DNA of 64,000 nucleotides, taken from the human T2T-CHM13v2.0 reference genome, Homo sapiens. The stretch lies in NCBI RefSeq assembly GCF_009914755.1, contig NC_060925.1. The stretch is one strand, 5' to 3'. The notes beneath the pieces are model-generated. The model was not told the origin of the DNA. It was given only the letters and a program-made list of their open reading frames with translations, and did no database searches. Of this stretch, positions 13,248 through 56,170 are shown one piece after another. The position numbers were made by a program, and so were the translations under genes. How positions within the stretch are numbered: position 1 is the first letter of the stretch; every line of letters begins with the position of its first letter.

Positions 13248-14548
13248 CATCTGTTATTTTTTTTAACTTTCTAATATTAGCCATTCTGACTGGTGTGAGA
13301 TGGTATCTCACTGTGGTTTTGTTTTGCATTTCTTTAATGATCAGTGATGTTGAGCTTTTTATCATATGATTGTTGGCTGCATGTATGTTTTCTTTTGAGA
13401 ACTGTCTGTTCATGTCCTTTGCCCACTTTTTAATAGAGTTGTTTGTTTGTTCTTTTCTTGTAAATTTGTTTAAGCTCCTTATAGATGCTGGATATTAGAT
13501 CTTTGTCATATTCAGTTTGCAAAAATTTTCTCCCATTATGTATTTGTCTCTTTACTCTGTTGATAGTTTCTTTTGCTGTGCAGAAGTTTTTAGTTTAATT
13601 ACATCTCATTCATCAATTTTTGCTTTTGTTGCAATTGCTTTTGGTGTCTCTGTCATGAAATCTTTCCTCATTCCTTTGTCCAGAATGGTATTGCCTAGGT
13701 TGTCTTCCGAGGTTTTTATAGTTTTGGGTTTTACATTTAAGTCTTTAATCCATCTCGAGTTAATTTTTGTATATGGTGTAAGGAAGGAGTTTTAATTTTC
13801 TGCATATGGCTAGCCAGTTATCCTAGCACCATTTATTAAATAGAGAATGCTTCCCCCTTGTTTTGTCAATTTTGTTGAAGATCAGATAGTTGTAGCTGTG
13901 TGATCTTATTTCTGGGTTCTCTATTCTGTTCCATTGCTCCATGTGTCTGTACGAGTACCATGCTGTTTTGGTTACTGTAGCCCTGTAGCATAGCTTGAAA
14001 TTGGGTCGTGTGATGCCTCCAGGTTTGTTCTTTTTGCTTAGAATTGCCTTGACTATTTGGGCTCTTTTCTTTTTTTTTTGGTTCCATGTGAATTTTCAAA
14101 TATATTTTTTTCTAGTTCTGTGAAGAATGTCAATGGTAGTTTAATAGGAATAGCATTGAGTCTATAGATTGCTTTGGGCAGTATGGTCATTTTAATGATA
14201 TTGATCCTTCCTATCTATGAGCATTGAATGCTTTTCCATTTGTTTGTGTCATCTCTAATTTCTTGGAACAGCAGTGTTTTGTAGTTCTCCTTGTAGAGAC
14301 CTTTCATCTCCCTGGTTAGCTGTATTCCTAGGTATTTTATTCTTTTTGTGGCTATTGTAAATGGGATTGTGTTCCTTATTTGGCCCTCAGCTTGATTGTT
14401 ATTGGTATTTAGGGATGCTGGTAATTTTTGTACCTTATTTTGTATCCTGAGACATTGCTAAACTTGTTTATAGCTTAAGGAGCTTTTGGGCTGAGACTAT
14501 GGGATTTTCTAGATATGGAATCATGTCATCTGAAAACAGGGACAATTA

Positions 14549-15205
14549 GAATGCTGGAGAAGATATGGAGAAATAGGAACGCTTTTACACTGTTGGTGGG
14601 AGTGTAAATTAGTTCAACATTGTGGAAGACAGTGTGGTGATTCCTCAAGGATCTAGAACCAGAAATACCATTTGACCCAGAAATCCCATTACTGGGTATA
14701 TACCCAAAGGATTATAAATCATTCTACTATAAAGACACATGCACATGTATGTTTATTGCAGTACTGTTCACAATAGCAAAGACTTGGAACCAACCCAAAT
14801 GCCCATCAATGACAGACTGGATAAAGAAAATGTGGCACATATACACCATGGAATACTATGCAGCCTTAAAAATGATGAGTTCATGTCCTTTGCAGGGACA
14901 TGGATGAAGCTGAAAACCATCATTCTCAGAAAACTAACACAAGAACAGAAAACCAAACACCACGTGTTCTCACTCATAAGTGGGAGTTGAACAATGAGAG
15001 CACATGGGCACAGGGAGGGGAACATCACATACTGGGGCCTGTCAGCGGGTGGGGGTCTAGGGGAGGGACAGCATTAGGAGAAATACCTAAAGTAGATGAA
15101 GGGTTGGTGGGTGCAGCAAACCACCATGGCACATGTATACCTATGTAACAAACCTGCACGTTCTCCGCATGTACCCTGGAACTTAAAGTATAATTTTAAA
15201 AAAAG
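14549..15205 (+). mobile_element. L1PA 3' fragment in opposite orientation, no evident TSD
   Basis: ORF2 C-terminus and 3' UTR ending AACTTAAAGTATAAT plus A tail. Confidence 0.85.
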
Positions 15206-15856
15206 ATTTTTTTCTTTTGCATTGACCTCGGTGAATCTGATGACTATGTGCCTTGGGGATGGTCATCTTGTATAGTGTCTAGTCAAGGTTCTCTGTATTT
15301 CTTGGATTTGCACGTCAATCTCTTTAGCAAGATTAGCGAAATTTTCATGAACTATATCCTTAAATATATTTTTCAAGTTGCTTATTCTCTCTCCTTCTCT
15401 ATCAGGTATGGCAATGAGTCATAGATTTTGGTATCTTTACATAATTTCATATTTCTCAGAGGTTTTGTTCATTTTTATAAATTCTTTTTTCTTTATTTTT
15501 GTCTGACTGAGTTGGGTCGATGAACTGATCTTTGAGCTCTGAGATTCTTTCCTCAGCATGTTCTATTCTGCTGTAAATACTTCCAATTGTATTATGAAAT
15601 TCTAGTAGTGAATTTTCAGCTCTAGAAGTTCAGTTTGGCTCTTTCTTAAAGTTACTACTTCTTCTTTCAGCCCTTGGATCATTTTACTGGATTCCTTGGA
15701 TTTCTTGGATTGGATTTCAACTCATTCCTGAATCTTGATGAGCTTTTTTGCCATTCAGATTCTGAATTCTATGTCTGTCATTTCAGTTATTTCAGAATGG
15801 TTAAGAACCATTGTTGGGAAGCTCCAAATGAGTGGACTCATTTGGAGGTAAGGAGA

Positions 15857-16220
15857 TGTATTAGTCTGTTCTCACATGGCTAATAAAGACATACCTGAGA
15901 CTAGGCAATTTATAAAGGAAAGAGGTTTAATTAACTCACCGTTCCACGTGGCTGGAGAGGCCCCACTATCATGGCAGAAGGTGAATGAGGAGCAAAGTCA
16001 TGTCTTACGTGGCAGGAAGCAAAAAGAACATGTGCAGAGAACTCCTTTTTATAAAACCATCAGGTCTCGTGAGACTTATTCACTATGACAAGAACAGCAC
16101 AGGAAAGACCTGCCTCCATGATTCAATTACCTACCATCAGGTCCCTCCCACAACACATGGGAATTATGGGAGCTACAACTAGAGATGAAATTTGGGTGGG
16201 GACACAGCCAAACCATATCA
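15857..16220 (-). mobile_element. THE1 solo LTR
   Basis: TGTATTAGTC...AAACCATATCA. Confidence 0.9.
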
Positions 16221-17609
16221 GGGTATATTCTGGCTTTTAGAATTGACAGAGTTCTTGTGCTATTTCTTTCTAATCTGGGAAGGTTGGTGTTCCTTTAACT
16301 GTGGTGTAAGTTGGATATAGTCAGTTGGCTTCATTTCTGGGTGCTTTCATGGGGGCAGGGCTCTGTATAGGATCTTTATGCGTGGTAAAGTCTTGCACTT
16401 GGTTTCACAAGTGTATATATAAGTAGGGTAATTTTTGCCATCAGTAGATGGCAGAGAGAGTAATGGCTGGTAGCTAGGATAATACCCAGCCACAGGGCTC
16501 TTTGGTACTTTCTCATATTCGCAGACATGCTCCACAGTGGGAGGTGGGGGGAGATTGCTCGCTCACTAAGTACATTCCTGGGCTTTGGGGGAGCCCCCTC
16601 TGGTCACCGGCACCACGTGACATTTCTTTTGTTAAGTGTTCCAGGCTGTGTGAGCTCTCTTGGGCAGAGGCCCTGACAGGAAGACAGGCTATACCTTTTC
16701 TGAACCAGCCCTGTGAAGGGAGGCATGCCTCATTCCTGACTCAGCCCAGGGACTCATGCATCTTGCCCCTGTCAGTATTCTGAGAGTGGGGACTCCTCCC
16801 CTACTTCAGTTCCAGTCAGAGATCTTGGCTTGGTACTCCTGAGCTGTGCACCACAGCCCTGGGGATGCCAGGACATCCTGCAGCTAGGGGTCAGGCTTCA
16901 ACTGCACTGGAGAATCCAATGTGCTCCCAGGTCACTGGAAAATTACTCAGGTGGAGCAGCACACTCAGGCTGGGCTATAGAAGCTGCAGCATACACCCAG
17001 TACTGTGAGGTGGCCAGCGGGGCATGGCCCCTGGAAGGAGCCATTGGTCAGAAGGGCTTGCAGAACAAACATACCCTGGTCCCACAGGGTCACTGGTCTT
17101 ACTCTCTCCCTGGCTCAGCCATCAGCTGAGGCCATTGCCTGCTGGAGGGTGATGGGGAGCCCAGAGGGATTGGAGCCTATGGCTATGCTCTGCTGGAGCT
17201 GCCCAATGCACAAAAGCTGCTCCCAGGCTTTGTATCATCTGAAGTCTGTCTCTGCTCCCTGGGGAGATCCCCCTGCCAGTTCACATGTAAATGGGGGACA
17301 CAAGGCCCCCTGTAACTAGGGGTCCAGAGGTCCACGGTGAGAGTGAGCCATCTCTCAGTTCTCCTGCTCATCCATTTCCCAGGAGTCACTGGGGCCAGGA
17401 GCTAGCTCTGGTGTTCAGACACCTCACACAGGGTTCCCAGCTTCCTCCTTCAGCATCTGCTTCAGTGTCACCTCTTTACCCACTCTTGACATTTTCTCTC
17501 CATAGATCTGACCAAATTATGCTGATTTACTCAATAATTTGTCCTCTCTCAGTGGCAGTGGTGCTTCTTGGCTGAGTCTATTAGAGAATCTTGTCCAAAA
17601 ACCCAATTG

Positions 17610-17765
17610 CATATTTTGAGCAAACTACTTAATCTCCCTATCCCTCAGTTTCCTCAACTATAAATGGGGGAATAACCCATAAAATAATTATAGAGATTTA
17701 ATAAATATTTGTAAGTTGCCTAGCCCCTGACATATAAGTAGCACAATATAAGTGGTTATTACATA
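17610..17765 (+). mobile_element. MIR fragment
   Basis: CTCAGTTTCCTCAACTATAAATGGGG core. Confidence 0.7.
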
Positions 17766-18079
17766 AACTATGCACAATTATTACTCATACTTCAAATTCA
17801 GTATAAGAAGTTTCAAAAAGCTGAGAAATGAGGATCTCTAATCAAATAACTTCCAGAGACAGCAATCAGAATTTTAACCACAATGCCTCTTTGCTTAACC
17901 ATTGTATAATTCCCTCTCCTGACAAAGGTAGTTCACCAATGGTAATGACATAGCTGACTGTGGGCTTGGGTTTGATATTTAATTTGCCCAGAAATAATTT
18001 AGTATGCTGTACAAACTACATAGAATAAAGTTCATCAGAAAAAAATAAATAATCTAGAATGGATATAATTATTGTAAAT

Positions 18080-20160
18080 ATTAAAATTTTTATATTGAAA
18101 TGATTCTATACACATAGGAAATTGCAAAATAATGTACAGAGAGGCCCTGTGTAAGCTTAACTCAGCATCTTTCTATGAGAACATCTTGAATAACAGTACA
18201 GCTATATCAAAACCAAAAAATTGGTATTGTTACCATCCACAAATTTTCTTCAAATTTTTCACGTTTTTAAAACTTGTGTGTGTGTGTGTAAGTTTGCATG
18301 TGTGTGTATGTGTAGTTTTATGCAATTTTATCCCATGTGTAGCTTTATGTAATGACCACCATAATGATCAGGAGAAATAACTGTCATCACCAGAGGACTA
18401 CTCTCTTTTGCTACATGTTCACAGTCACGCTGGCCTTCCTCCACTCTTAATCTCTGGTTTCAACCACTGATCTCTTCCCCATCCATATAATTGTGTTATT
18501 TAAAAATGTTATATTAATGGAAGTATGGAAATAAGTGGAAATCAATCTTTTTAAATAGATTTTTTTCACTCAGTACATTCCTTGAGAACCATCTTTGTGT
18601 ATATCAATAATTTGTTCCTTTTTATTGCTAACATTCCATGGTATCAATGTACCAAAACTTGTTTATTCATTCAGTGAAGGACTTTGAGGTTGTTTCTAGG
18701 TTTTAGTTATTATGAATAAAGCTTCTATATACACACATATACAGATTTTTTATGAACCTAAGTTTTCATTTTCTCTGGGATAAATGCTCACAAGTGTGAT
18801 TGCTGGTTCTTATGGTATACACATGTTTAAAAAGGAAATGCCAATTGTTTTCCAGAGTGGTTACCATTTTACATTCTCACCAGAATTGAATGAATGATCT
18901 AGAATCTTTGTTTCCTTGCCAGTATCCCTTGTATGCCAGCGCTGAGAAACCTCATTCACGAGAATAGGTAGATTGGAATAAAATGACTTTTTACTTAAAA
19001 AAAATAAAAATTTCACACAATTTTTCTAAGGATCATTAATGTGTCTTTATCACTTAAAGACACCTTGTTTAATCCAAGTATACAGGAAACATTGAGAAAA
19101 ATAAGAATACCCCAACCTGCTTGACTGTCCTCCTTAAAAGCTCATTTAAACAGTGATCTCCTTTAACTGGCCGTTGGTCCTGTCCAGTGATGGCTGTAGG
19201 TAGGCACCATGGTCATGCCTTCGGTGTTCTGATAGCTGCTGGCTCTAGGGTTAATTGTAGGGATGAGGTTACCCCATTTTTTGATAATCCCATGGGACAT
19301 CCCAACTTTCAGTCCTGGATGCTTAGAGAATGTCATATCTCCTTGTAAGGCGACATGATTACCATTTTTCATTTTAGCCATTCTGATAGATGTGTAATGA
19401 TATCTCATTGTTATTTTAATTTATATTTTTCTAATGGCTAATGTTGAATAACTTTTCATGTGCTTATTATCTATTTTCTGTATTTAAATCCTCTTTGGAG
19501 AGTGTTCACGTTTTGTCCATTTTTAAATTGGATTGTTTATTTTTACTGTTGCATTTGATAGCTCTTGATAATGTCTAGATACAAGTCATTTGTTGGATAT
19601 TGGATACAAATGTTTTATCTAAACCTTTAAATTGCTTTTTCATTCTATTAACAGGATCTCTTACAGAGTAAGATTTTTAATTTTGAAGAGATCCAATTCA
19701 GTGACTTTTTCTTTTATAAATGTTTTCTATTCTTTATTTTAGTGTCAACTCTAAGACCTCTTTACCTAACCTTATGCCATCCCAAAGATTTTTTTCACAT
19801 GTTTTTCTCTAAATTTACTAAATTTTTACATGTTACACTTAAGCATGTGATCCATTTTGAATTAATTTTTATATAGGATGTGAGACTTAAGTTAAGGTTC
19901 ATTTCCTTTGCTTATGGATGTCCAATCTCTTGAGTACTATTTATTGAAAAGATTACCCTTCCTCCTTTCGATTGCTTTATAGACTGTCAAAAATCATTTG
20001 AGCATATTTGTGTAGGTCTGTTTTGGAGTTCTGTGTTCTGTTCCACTGACCTATGTGTCTATCCTTCCACCAGTAACATCCTGTCATTATTACTGTAGCT
20101 ATATAATAATCCTTAACATCAGGAAGAATAATTTCTCCCACTTTAGTAATTTCTCTCAAA
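18080..20160 (-). mobile_element. Old L1M (L1MB/MC-like) 3' region, interrupted at about 18933-19355
   Basis: Diverged ORF2 end/3' UTR reverse complement. Confidence 0.75.
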
Positions 20161-21360
20161 ACTCATTTTACTAGCTATTATTTTTAACAATGGCTAACGA
20201 GGAAATATCAGCTATAATATAATCATACATCTTAAACTCTAAAAATAAAATTAGCATGATAGCTGCCAAGAATGGACAGACCAAAATAAGGGAACAGAAT
20301 TACAGTTCAGAATAGACAGTGAAGATGAGAAAAAAGTGATATTTATATAAATTTAACAAATTATGACCATGAACACTGGCTCATGTCTATAATCTCAGCA
20401 CTTTGGGAGGCCAAGGCTGGAGGATCACTTGAGGCCAGGAGTTCAAGACTGGACTGGGCAACATTGTGAGACCCTCATCTCTACAAAAATATCTTTAAAA
20501 TTATCTGAGCAAGGTGGCATGTGCCTGTAGTTTCAGCTATTTGTAAGGCTGTGGCAGGAGGACCACTTGAGCCCAGGACGTCAAAACAGTAAGCTATGAT
20601 CATGCCACTGCACTCCAGTGTGGGTGACAGAGCAAAACCCTGCCTCAAAATAAATAAATAAATAAAAAAGCAGTAAAGAAAGTATCATAAAGAAGAGAGA
20701 TATTTGTTTCAAGATTATTATCATCCTCATTATTATTTTTATTTTCATGCTGAATTTCTTTTCATATTACCATTAAAATGACCAAAGAAACAAAAATTAG
20801 GAGAAATGTGTGTAAGCACAATGACACATATACAACAGAAATTTTGATAAGATTTCATGTAGATAGAAGCAAATAAATGGAAATACCTTTGAGTGTCCCT
20901 GGGAAAGAACTTCATAGGAATTAAGCACCCTAAACATCCACCACCTAATTTCTCATCTCTGAGCATCCGGGACTGAAAGTTGGGATGTCCCATGGGGTTA
21001 TCACAAAATGGGGTAACCTCATCCCTACAATTAACCCTAGAGCCAGCAGCTATCAGAATACTGAAGGCATGGCCATGGTGCCTACCTACAGCCATCACTG
21101 GACAGGACCAATGGCCAGTTAAAGGAGATCACTGTTTAAGTGTGCTTCTAAGGAGGACAGTCAAGCAGGTTGGGGTATTCTTATTTTTCTCAATGTTTCA
21201 TGTGTATTTGGGTTCAACAAGGTGTTTTTAAGTGATAAAGACACATTAATGATCCTTAGACAAGTCTTAAAAAAATTGTGTAAAACTTCTATTTTTTAAA
21301 AATAAAAAGTCATTTTATTCCAATCTGTCTATTCACGTGAAGGTTTCTCAGTGCTGACAT
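18933..21360. repeat. Inverted duplication of about 400 bp (18933-19329 vs 20956-21360)
   Basis: Direct reverse-complement match; 11 mismatches counted in a core of about 225 nt. Confidence 0.92.
20371..20669 (+). mobile_element. AluJ
   Basis: Diverged Alu with A-rich tail. Confidence 0.85.
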
Positions 21361-21849
21361 CTGTAAAAAAGAAAATTAAAATAAAATCGAGGGTTGAGAT
21401 TTTTGCAGACTTACATTCTATATCCCTAACACTTGGTTCTTGTAGATTTTCAATAAATGTCTGGTGAATCAGTTGACTAAATTTATTTGTGGATACATGT
21501 TTCAATTCGAAAATGTTAAAAAGTACTCCAATGAGTCATTAAGAGGTGGATTTTAATACAATTTACCTTTTTATGTTTAATAATTTTTGAAAAAATGTGT
21601 AATTTATTCCCATAGTTTTGATCAGTTTTGTACCTATAATAATTCTAAAGATAATTCAAAGCAGAAGAAATGTTTTAACACAGAGCCTTATGATCACAGA
21701 AATTTTTTTAAATTAAAGTGATCAGTAAAACATTTTCAGAAATAAAGATGAATTACATTGCACCTAAAATTTTGAATGAAAAAATGCCAATGAAAATGTG
21801 CATTCACAGCCATAAAATTTTTAAAAAAAAATCACATGCACGCAGCGAA

Positions 21850-22740
21850 GGGAACAATAGGGGGCAAGGTGGGGATGGTTAATAGGTACAACAAAATAAA
21901 AAGAATGAATAAGACCTACTTATTAATAGCACAATTATAATTGGTAATAACTTAATTTTATATTTTACAATAACTTAATGTAACTGGATTGTTTTAAATG
22001 CAAAGGATAAATGCTTGGGAGGATGGATACCCCATTCTTCATGGCATGATTATTACACATTGCATGCCTGTATCAAAACATCTCATGTACCCCATAAATG
22101 TATATACTTACTAAGTATCTCATGTACCCCATAAATATATACACTTACTACATACCCACAAAAATTTAAAATTTTTCTTTGAAAAAGAAGACAACAATAG
22201 ACGCTGGGGTCTACTTGAGGGTGGAGGGTGAGGAGAGAGTGAGGATTGAAAAATTACCTATTGAGGGCGCATTGGCTCATGCCTGTAATCCCAGCACTTT
22301 GGGAGGCCGAGGTGGGTAGATCACGAGGTCAGGAGATCGAGACCATCCTGGCTAACACGGTGAAAACCCGTCTCTACTAAAGATACAAAAAATTAGCCGG
22401 GGGTGGTGGTGGATGCCTGTAGTCCCAGCCACTTGGGAGGCTGAGGCAGGAGAATGGGGTGAACCCAGAAGGCGAGCTTGCAGTGAGCCAAGATCATGCC
22501 ACTGCGCTCCAGCCTGGGTGACAGAGCAAGACTCCGTCAAAAAAAAAGAAAAAAAAAAAGAAAGAAAGAGAAAAATTACCTATTGAGTACAATGCTGATT
22601 ACCTTGGTAACAATCTATACCAATCTGTAATCTGTACACCAAACCCCTGTGACATGCAATTTACCCATATAACACACCCACACGTGTACCCCCTGAACCT
22701 AAAATACAAGTTGGAAGAAAGAAAAAAAGGAAAATGTGCA
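21850..22740 (+). mobile_element. L1 3' end fragments with nested AluY (about 22266-22570)
   Basis: L1MA-like and L1PA-like 3' UTRs; Alu TSD GAAAAATTACCTATTGAG. Confidence 0.85.
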
Positions 22741-22791
22741 TTCACAGAAAAAAGAAAATATGATAGTATCAAATCTATAGATTATTTACAT

Positions 22792-22831
22792 TTTATTCTA
22801 TATACTTACAAAAGTAATATCATAGTTTATT
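22792..22831 (-). terminator. Candidate distal poly(A) signals of FCRL2
   Basis: AATAAA on minus strand at 22826-22831 and 22792-22797, about 1 kb after the stop; a proximal AATAAA also lies at 23552-23557. Confidence 0.5.
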
Positions 22832-22878
22832 GCAAATACTCATATTTACTATGTCAAAAATCACATTTTTGCAACTAT

Positions 22879-22998
22879 ATGCATACTTTGGTGATATTGC
22901 AGGTTCAGTTCCAGACTACCAAAATAAAACAAATGCTGCAATAAAGCAAGTCACACAGATTTTTTGGTTTCCCAGTGCATATAAGTTATGTTTACACT
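22879..22998 (-). mobile_element. Tigger1 3' terminal segment including TIR
   Basis: GCATACTTTGGTGATATTGCAGGTTCAGTTCCAGAC...CCCAGTGCATATAAGTTATGTTTACACT. Confidence 0.85.
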
Positions 22999-22999
22999 C

Positions 23000-23445
23000 A
23001 AGTCGATGCACATAAAGAAGAAAATCTGGAGGAAACGGCTAAATTCCTGGAAACACACCATCTCCCAAGATTGAACCAGGAAGAGACAGAAACCCCTCCT
23101 AGACCAATATCAAGCGCTGAAGTTGAATTAGTAATAAAAAACTTACCAACCAACACAAAAGCCCTAGACCAGATGGATTCATAGCTGAATTCTACAAGAT
23201 GCAGAAAGAATAACTGGTACCAATCCTGCTGAAACTATGCCAAAAAATCAAGGAGGAAGGGCTCCTGCCTAACTCATTCTATGAAGCCAGCATCAGCCTG
23301 ATACAAACATTCTGGCAGAGACACAGTGGAAAAGAAAATTTCAGGCCAATATTCCCAATGAACATATTTGCAAAAATTCTCAACAAAATATTAGCAAACT
23401 GTATCCAGCAGCACATAAATAAGTTAATACACCACTATCAAGTCC
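23000..23445 (+). mobile_element. L1 ORF2 fragment in the predicted FCRL2 3' UTR
   Basis: Encodes decayed LPRLNQEE...[17 protein letters not shown]. Confidence 0.85.
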
Positions 23446-23778
23446 TGTTCTCATCACTTCACAGTAGATGAAGGTGAGACCTTGTATCTCTTATTCATTC
23501 TTCCCTCAAATCTTTACACACTGATTGCTTAAGAGAAGGTAGCAGAAATAATTTATTTGCACAGTGTCTGGATGTAGCAGCAGTTCAATGAATATTGATA
23601 GGTAAAAGAAGATATTGGAGAAGAAACATCATCAGGACAAAAATGACAGGAGGTGCCTCCTGAGGCACGTTCTGGCTGTGGCAGGTGATAAGCCTCAAGC
23701 ATTTTCATAAGGTTTTATAGCAAGTCTTAATGATGCCCCATCCTTGCTGTTGATCTTCCCTTCTGATTCCTCCAAGTG

Positions 23779-54140
<30,362 letters not shown>

Positions 54141-54290
54141 GAGGACCTAATCCAGCTATTTGAAAAGAGATGTACTCTTGGTCACCAACTGGAGACTCTG
54201 AGCAGGCGATGAAATGTGGTTTTCAGAATAGGTTTTGTATAATTAGCAAAAAAGGAAGTAGAATAGTGCCACTATGTTTAACCATTATCT
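54141..54290 (-). promoter_or_regulatory. FCRL2 5' UTR and proximal promoter with ETS/PU.1-type and RUNX-type motifs
   Basis: AAAAAGGAAGT (core 54254-54259) and TGTGGT (54215-54220) just upstream of the ATG; ETS core also present in the paralogous relic at 7907-7912. Confidence 0.6.
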
Positions 54291-54517
54291 TTGTCCTGGA
54301 AGGGCTAAAACAATTATAGCTGATCCTCTCAATGCCAGAGAAATTTTGTAACTTGACCCTCATTATGATACCTAGCATTTACATATGGGTTGCAATGAGT
54401 CAGACACAGTTCTAAGTGCCTCATGCTTACAGAGTTATTTATTACCTTCAGCAAGTTTCTGAATTGGCACTATCCCCTTTCACATGAATAAGGAAATTGA
54501 GGCACTAGTAAAGGTAA

Positions 54518-54882
54518 GTGTCTTAGTCCATTGGGGCTGCTATAAAGAATACCTTAGACTGAGAAATTTATAAACAACATAAATTTATCACTCATAGTTC
54601 AAGAGGCTGGGAAGTTTAAGATCAAGGCACCAGTAGATTCAGTGTCTGATGAGGGCCTGTTTCTCATAGATGGTGTCCTCTATGTGTCTTCACATGATGG
54701 AAGGAGCAAACAAGCTCCCTCAAGCCTCTTTTACAAGGAGACTAATCCTTTTCATAAGAGTTCCACACTCATGACCCCTAAAAGGTCATGTAATAAAAGG
54801 TGGGTACCTTTTATTACTATTGCATTGAGGATTAAGTATCAACATAAGAATTTTGCCAGGACACAAACATTCAGATGATAGC
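54518..54882 (-). mobile_element. MLT1-like LTR inside a MIR
   Basis: TGTCTTAGTCC...ACATTCAGATGATAGCA; MIR-like flanks at about 54330-54517 and 54883-54980. Confidence 0.75.
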
Positions 54883-55731
54883 AGCCAGTAAAATGACCAA
54901 GATCAGCTTAATCAATTTCTAGTAGTAACAGATCTGGGATTCAAACCCAGGCAGCCCAGTGTCACAGTCTGGCTCTTAAACATTGTGCCCTATTATCTTG
55001 ATATATTGCTTCTCAAGGTTCATAAAATAATAAGGCCATTGTTTCAATAGCTCATATTTCTTAAGTAAAATTTTTCGTAGTCATTCGATGACTTTCTAGA
55101 ATGAGATTTTACTAAACTTCAAAACACTTGCACTATATTGCTGAAAACATTGCCATCTTTCTAATCTGTAATCACAACATTGCCTATTTCTAATCTGCAT
55201 TGCTTTTTGTACCCCAGGCTGATCCTAATACAGTTATCTCACACAAAGCAAAGCGCGTGTTATGTGAACACCTATTATCATGCTCACTTTGATTAGATGT
55301 AGTCCCAGTAGATGTTGTCTCATCAGTGAACCTTATGCAGGATGAAACTCTAAACCAAAAAATCACAGGTGCTTATAAATGAGGGACTGACTGAAAATAT
55401 TCATAGACTCAATGTTACCTGTTCAGGTACTTAACATTTACCTGAATACTTAACATTGAATTTTTAACAATTGGATACTTAACATTTTATTCTCACTATT
55501 ATCATAGTTTTACTTTGAGAAAGGCTAATATTTATATGTGATGGTCATTAAAGCCTTGCTTATAATAATGTAAAAAGAAAATACTAAAAATATATCACAA
55601 GGAGAGATGTGTGTTAAAAATAAGTTATGTGTCAAATGCTGTGGAAAACCAAACAGCCATTAAAATAATTCTGTGGAATAATATTTAATAGCAAGATAAG
55701 ATGTCTAGGATATATGATTAAGAAAAAAGTG

Positions 55732-56170
<439 letters not shown>

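Noticed and set aside
18933-21360. Inverted arms as TIRs of a novel DNA transposon
   Set aside because: The spacer continues the same L1M that lies outside the left arm; no TSD or transposase
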